Below, one piece after another: positions 60,227 to 64,000 of a DNA stretch of 64,000 nt (position 1 is its first letter; every line of letters starts with the position of its first letter). The notes beneath the pieces are model-generated. The model saw only the letters and a program-made list of their open reading frames with translations. It searched no databases and was not told where the DNA came from. The position numbers and the translations under genes are program-made. Origin of the DNA: Sulfolobales archaeon. Its GTDB lineage: Archaea; Thermoproteota; Thermoprotei_A; Sulfolobales; AG1. Location of the stretch: the NCBI GenBank assembly GCA_038867615.1, contig JAWBYA010000001.1, positions 160,001 through 224,000 on the forward strand, given 5' to 3'.

Positions 60227-62305
60227 GTGTTAATGTTTCTCCGAACACTCAACCTGGATGGCTACATGCACCGGATCGAGGCCTATGAGATCTTCATCAG
60301 ATCCCTTGCACACATCCTGTTGGTAAAAGGGATTAAGGTGAATACAAACAATGTAAAGGCTCTCCTGAAGAGCCTCGGGATCGGGTTAGGAGGGGCGGCG
60401 TTAAGCCTGTTGGTATCGGATCTGAAGAACTATAACAAGGGATTCTCAAGGCGGGAGATAGAGGATCTACAATACCGGTTCCCGAGGCTCATGTACAGGG
60501 ATTATAGAAGGGTTACTGCATCATATTATTCATCGCCCCTAGCTGTTGAGCTTCTTGCTAGGCTGGCGAGGGACTATATAAGTTCTAGGGAGGGTAAAGT
60601 GGTTATAGCGGATCCTTTCATGGGCTCAGGAATCCTGCTAAGGGGTGTTGTAAAGAGGGTTGGTGTGGACAATATAGCTAGAATCTGGGGCATGGAGTTC
60701 GATCATGTTGCATGCGTCTTTGGCTATGCATCTCTATTGGATGCCGTGGGCGGCGATATAGATATTAGGATCATATGTGGAGACTCCTTCAAGATCCTCT
60801 GGAGATCTAGGGAACAAACCCCCGGGAATAAGGATGACTGGGAAACTGACGTCATACTAACCAACCCCCCGTTCACCAGATGGGAGAGTCTTGAGAAGAA
60901 CTATAGGAAATATCTTTTAAGGCTCATAAGAGCTTTAGGGTATTCAAAATACATCGTTAGAAACCAGGTTAATCTCCAGGCGATATCCCTCTTTCTTATA
61001 GACTCTATCCTCAGGGAGAGAGGTCTTCTTCTAAGCATCATCCCGGCATCAACGTTTTACACAATATATGGGCGTGGCGTTAAGGCTATGCTTAGAGAGA
61101 AATACAGGGTTCTCGGGCTCTTTAAAGGCTGGAAACCTTCATTCTCACTCGACAGTGGGTTTATGGAGCTAGTAATGGCAGCGATCAAGGGGGAGCGGGG
61201 GGAGGCGGCTTTTGTAACGCTGAGCGATAATTGTATCGAAAGCATAGGGTTCAGCGGGTCTATTGTTAAGGGGGAGTGCTCTTCTACCTACACGGATCTG
61301 GGGAGAGGATCCGGGGTTCTTGATATGAACTGGCTTCTCTATTTTGAGGAGTCTAGCCTTAGACCCCTGCTAAGAGTTATCGAGGATCTTTTGGAAAAAG
61401 ACATCCTATTATCAATGAGAGAGGCACATGGAAAGGATCTTATAATGAGGGGTGTCGAGATCTATGGTCCCAACTTCTTCACAATACCCAACAGATTCTG
61501 GAGGATCGTTAGTCGTGGTAGTGATGCTATCGCTATAGAGAAGATCGATTCTGGCGAGCAGCTCTCAATACCCAGGGATTACTTGGTCGAGGCTCTCAGA
61601 AGGCCGGGACTATATGTTGATAAGATCCTCGTTGAAGATCCAGAGCACTATATAGTATCGATACCGCCGAAAGATCCAAAGAAACTCCCCCAGGATGTTA
61701 GGAAATATATAGAGTGGGGCTCTAGATCTAGAGTTGCTACCACAGCTAGAAGGACTTTTGGGAGGAAGTGGTATAGCCATGTGCATAGGCAGATAGCGTC
61801 TAAAAACCCCTTTGGAAAACTCTTCCTCCCCGATAAAGTTGATGTTAGGCTGAAGGGTAGGGGTGTGTTTGCAATAGCATCAACAAGACCTATATCGGCT
61901 ACGAAGAACTTCTATATATTGGTGCTGAGCGACCGCATAGCACCTCTCCTAACTCTGTGGTTCAACAGCTCTGTTTTCCTAACACTGCTGATCCATGGGG
62001 GTAGAAGGATTAGTGAGACCTGGACAAGGCTTCTTATAGAGGACTATCTAGAGCTCCCAGTACCCAACCCCAAGATCTGTGAGGATCACTATGAAGAAGC
62101 TGAGGATCTTCTGAGAAGCATAGGTAGAAAACCCCTACCCCCGATCCCGAACCAGATAGGTGGGAAACAGCGTGTAAGTATAGATACACTGGTATTGGAA
62201 GCCCTGGGAGTAAAAGGCGGTGAAGAGCTTAGAAACCATATATATAATATCCTGAGCAGGTTTTTAGAGGCATCATCGGCAAACAAGCGTTACCATGGAG
62301 CCTAA
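60227..62305 (+). CDS. N6-adenine (amino) DNA methyltransferase, gamma motif order
   Basis: SYYSS (X), ADPFMGSG (I), TNPPF (IV), long C-terminal putative target-recognition region. Confidence 0.88.
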   Translation: MLMFLRTLNLDGYMHRIEAYEIFIRSLAHILLVKGIKVNTNNVKALLKSLGIGLGGAALSLLVSDLKNYNKGFSRREIEDLQYRFPRLMYRDYRRVTASYYSSPLAVELLARLARDYISSREGKVVIADPFMGSGILLRGVVKRVGVDNIARIWGMEFDHVACVFGYASLLDAVGGDIDIRIICGDSFKILWRSREQTPGNKDDWETDVILTNPPFTRWESLEKNYRKYLLRLIRALGYSKYIVRNQVNLQAISLFLIDSILRERGLLLSIIPASTFYTIYGRGVKAMLREKYRVLGLFKGWKPSFSLDSGFMELVMAAIKGERGEAAFVTLSDNCIESIGFSGSIVKGECSSTYTDLGRGSGVLDMNWLLYFEESSLRPLLRVIEDLLEKDILLSMREAHGKDLIMRGVEIYGPNFFTIPNRFWRIVSRGSDAIAIEKIDSGEQLSIPRDYLVEALRRPGLYVDKILVEDPEHYIVSIPPKDPKKLPQDVRKYIEWGSRSRVATTARRTFGRKWYSHVHRQIASKNPFGKLFLPDKVDVRLKGRGVFAIASTRPISATKNFYILVLSDRIAPLLTLWFNSSVFLTLLIHGGRRISETWTRLLIEDYLELPVPNPKICEDHYEEAEDLLRSIGRKPLPPIPNQIGGKQRVSIDTLVLEALGVKGGEELRNHIYNILSRFLEASSANKRYHGA

Positions 62306-62331
62306 GCAGTATCAAAGGGTGAGGCAGTGGA

Positions 62332-62679
62332 GCCGTAGCCAGCTGCTTCGAGTTTCATGATGGTTTATAGGGGTTGATATCGAATTTATCTCTGTGAAAC
62401 ATTATATAAGCTCTTATATTTCACTGGGATGCCCGCCCAACAATGAGGGTGGGATAGAGATCCAAGTGGGCGGGGTAAATGCAGAGAGATCCAGGATGTG
62501 GGGGTTTCCCCACAGCAATGAACCAGAGAAAATCTATGAGGGGGAGCTGTGGGTTGGGGTCACCTCGAACGGGTGGAGGCCAAGGATATGGGCTCCAATG
62601 AAAGGAGCCCTGAGGCCAATGAAGCCAAGGGCTGAGCGGTTGATATCAATATCAACCACAATGAAGCCCGAACCCCGGG
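62332..62679 (+). mobile_element. Non-autonomous IS607/TnpB-derived mini-element, subfamily A copy 2
   Basis: Homologous to 3302-3599; 50 bp longer, with an extra hairpin CCCGCCCA...TGGGCGGG (62432-62474). Confidence 0.7.
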
Positions 62680-63058
62680 CTATTAGATCTTAAGCATGGA
62701 AAAACACTATAATCACGTCAGAGCGATATCTATACACTCCACCAACATGCTATGGTGTGGTTAAAGATCTCTCTATGGAAGATCTCCTAGCGTTGCTGGG
62801 ACCCTCGTGTAGCGAGTACTAATTAGTAAGAGGCATTCTGTGCAATGGTTCGTGGATATATTTTGAAACAGGGTTTGCATGGAAGCAAACTCATAGCCAG
62901 GTCGTATTAATAAAGCTCCTATAGATCTTTCTTCACAGCATTGGTGGAAAAACGATTCTCTCTAAGGCAATTCCACTCTATAGATAATTGCATTGATTTC
63001 TCATTCTTATTCAATATATTTATAAAGCCAGAGAAATTATTGTTCTGAGGCGACCTTT

Positions 63059-64000
63059 ATGGTGGGATTCGCGTATAGGTTGTTAATAATAGCTATGCTC
63101 GTGATAATTCTATCAACAGTGGCTGGGGCTCTAGGCATCTATGCCTATCCACAGGATAGCTATGGCTTGGGCTCTAAGGTAGATCCTGATGTTCTGAGAG
63201 AGCTCTCGAGATCGGGGAGTGCTAGGGTTCTCATAATGCTTGAGGATAGCTCTGCGCAGAGAATGATCTCTGACACGGGGATCAAAGGTCCAGGCCTTGT
63301 AAAAACGCTTATGGAGAGTGCATACGATTCCCAGAGAAGCATTATTGCTAGCATTGAGGCTTCGGGGGCTGTTATCGAGGATAGGCTATGGCTTGTCAAC
63401 GCGATAGTAGCTACTGTGGATCCCAACTCGCTGAGGATTATAGCTGGTCTCGATGGTGTTAAAGGTATTATCCTTGATAGGGTTTACAAGCTTGTAGATC
63501 CTGTGGAGAAGATCTATGACGTTATCTCTATAACGCCCCAGGATAGTGTGAGTAGACGTATAGTCCAGGCGGATCTCCTCGAATCTATGGGGATCACTGG
63601 CAGAGGGGTTAGGGTTGCGGTTATAGATACAGGGATCCAGGTTAACCACCCATGGCTGATCAGAAACGGAACCAGTGTTGTCACAGCAGAGTATGACGCC
63701 ACAAGAACAGGGGTTATTAATGTATGCACCTATCTAGGAATCCCAGCCGAGCATGGAACCCATGTTGCCGGGATAATAGCGAGCCAGGATACCACCCATA
63801 GGGGGGTTGCTCCCGGCGTTGATATATATAACGTGATCGTGTTCAGCAACATCACACAGTGCGAAGGAGCCTTTAGCTCGTGGATCATAAGGGGTATTGA
63901 GTGGTCCCTCCTAGGCCCTGATGGTAGGCCTGGTACAGGTGATGAGGCCAATATAATTAGCATGAGCCTCGGCGCCCTCGCGCCTCCGTGGTTTATGCAT
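63059..64000 (+). CDS. Secreted S8 subtilisin-like protease (partial, runs off the window; absent from the ORF track)
   Basis: Hand translation from ATG 63059: signal peptide, prodomain, GITGRGVRVAVIDTG (Asp) and HGTHVAGIIA (His). Confidence 0.93.
   Translation, partial: MVGFAYRLLIIAMLVIILSTVAGALGIYAYPQDSYGLGSKVDPDVLRELSRSGSARVLIMLEDSSAQRMISDTGIKGPGLVKTLMESAYDSQRSIIASIEASGAVIEDRLWLVNAIVATVDPNSLRIIAGLDGVKGIILDRVYKLVDPVEKIYDVISITPQDSVSRRIVQADLLESMGITGRGVRVAVIDTGIQVNHPWLIRNGTSVVTAEYDATRTGVINVCTYLGIPAEHGTHVAGIIASQDTTHRGVAPGVDIYNVIVFSNITQCEGAFSSWIIRGIEWSLLGPDGRPGTGDEANIISMSLGALAPPWFMH

Noticed and set aside
62394-62693. 99-aa ORF in element A2 (and 64-aa ORF 9470-9664 in B1) as real genes
   Set aside because: They lie within the repeats, the starts are not conserved between copies, and they read like tnpB-tail relics over a structured RNA

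Overview
Gene-dense chromosomal segment of a thermophilic crenarchaeon (Thermoproteota, Desulfurococcales/Sulfolobales-like). Markers are L7Ae, RadA, GatE, S8e, SRP19, pelota, DUF2153 and BHB-intron tRNAs. The organism appears aerobic. The window holds: isoprenoid genes (ipk, fni); ETF; an A1-type heme-copper oxidase with subunits I+III fused and subunit II apparently split; a Tat-exported three-subunit Cys-type formate dehydrogenase with fdhD, mobA and two moeA; gatE; a trpA-B2-D-F-E-G-C operon; a form II CoxSLM-type molybdenum hydroxylase with coxDE; sufCBD; housekeeping genes; a thiolase-like pair with two DUF35 proteins; an orphan N6-adenine methyltransferase; and a subtilase cut by the window edge. 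Main non-obvious signals: (1) four related ~300-350 bp non-coding elements resembling IS607/TnpB-derived mini-elements, each a TATA-like box plus a structured omegaRNA-like scaffold, with a compensatory base-pair change between two copies; (2) a tRNA-Pro(CGG) whose anticodon lies on a 5-nt exon between two introns; (3) a 55-bp promoter/operator module duplicated before sufC and sufB; (4) a split cox2; (5) a moeA that appears to start at ATT. All calls come from motif recognition by eye; no searches were run.
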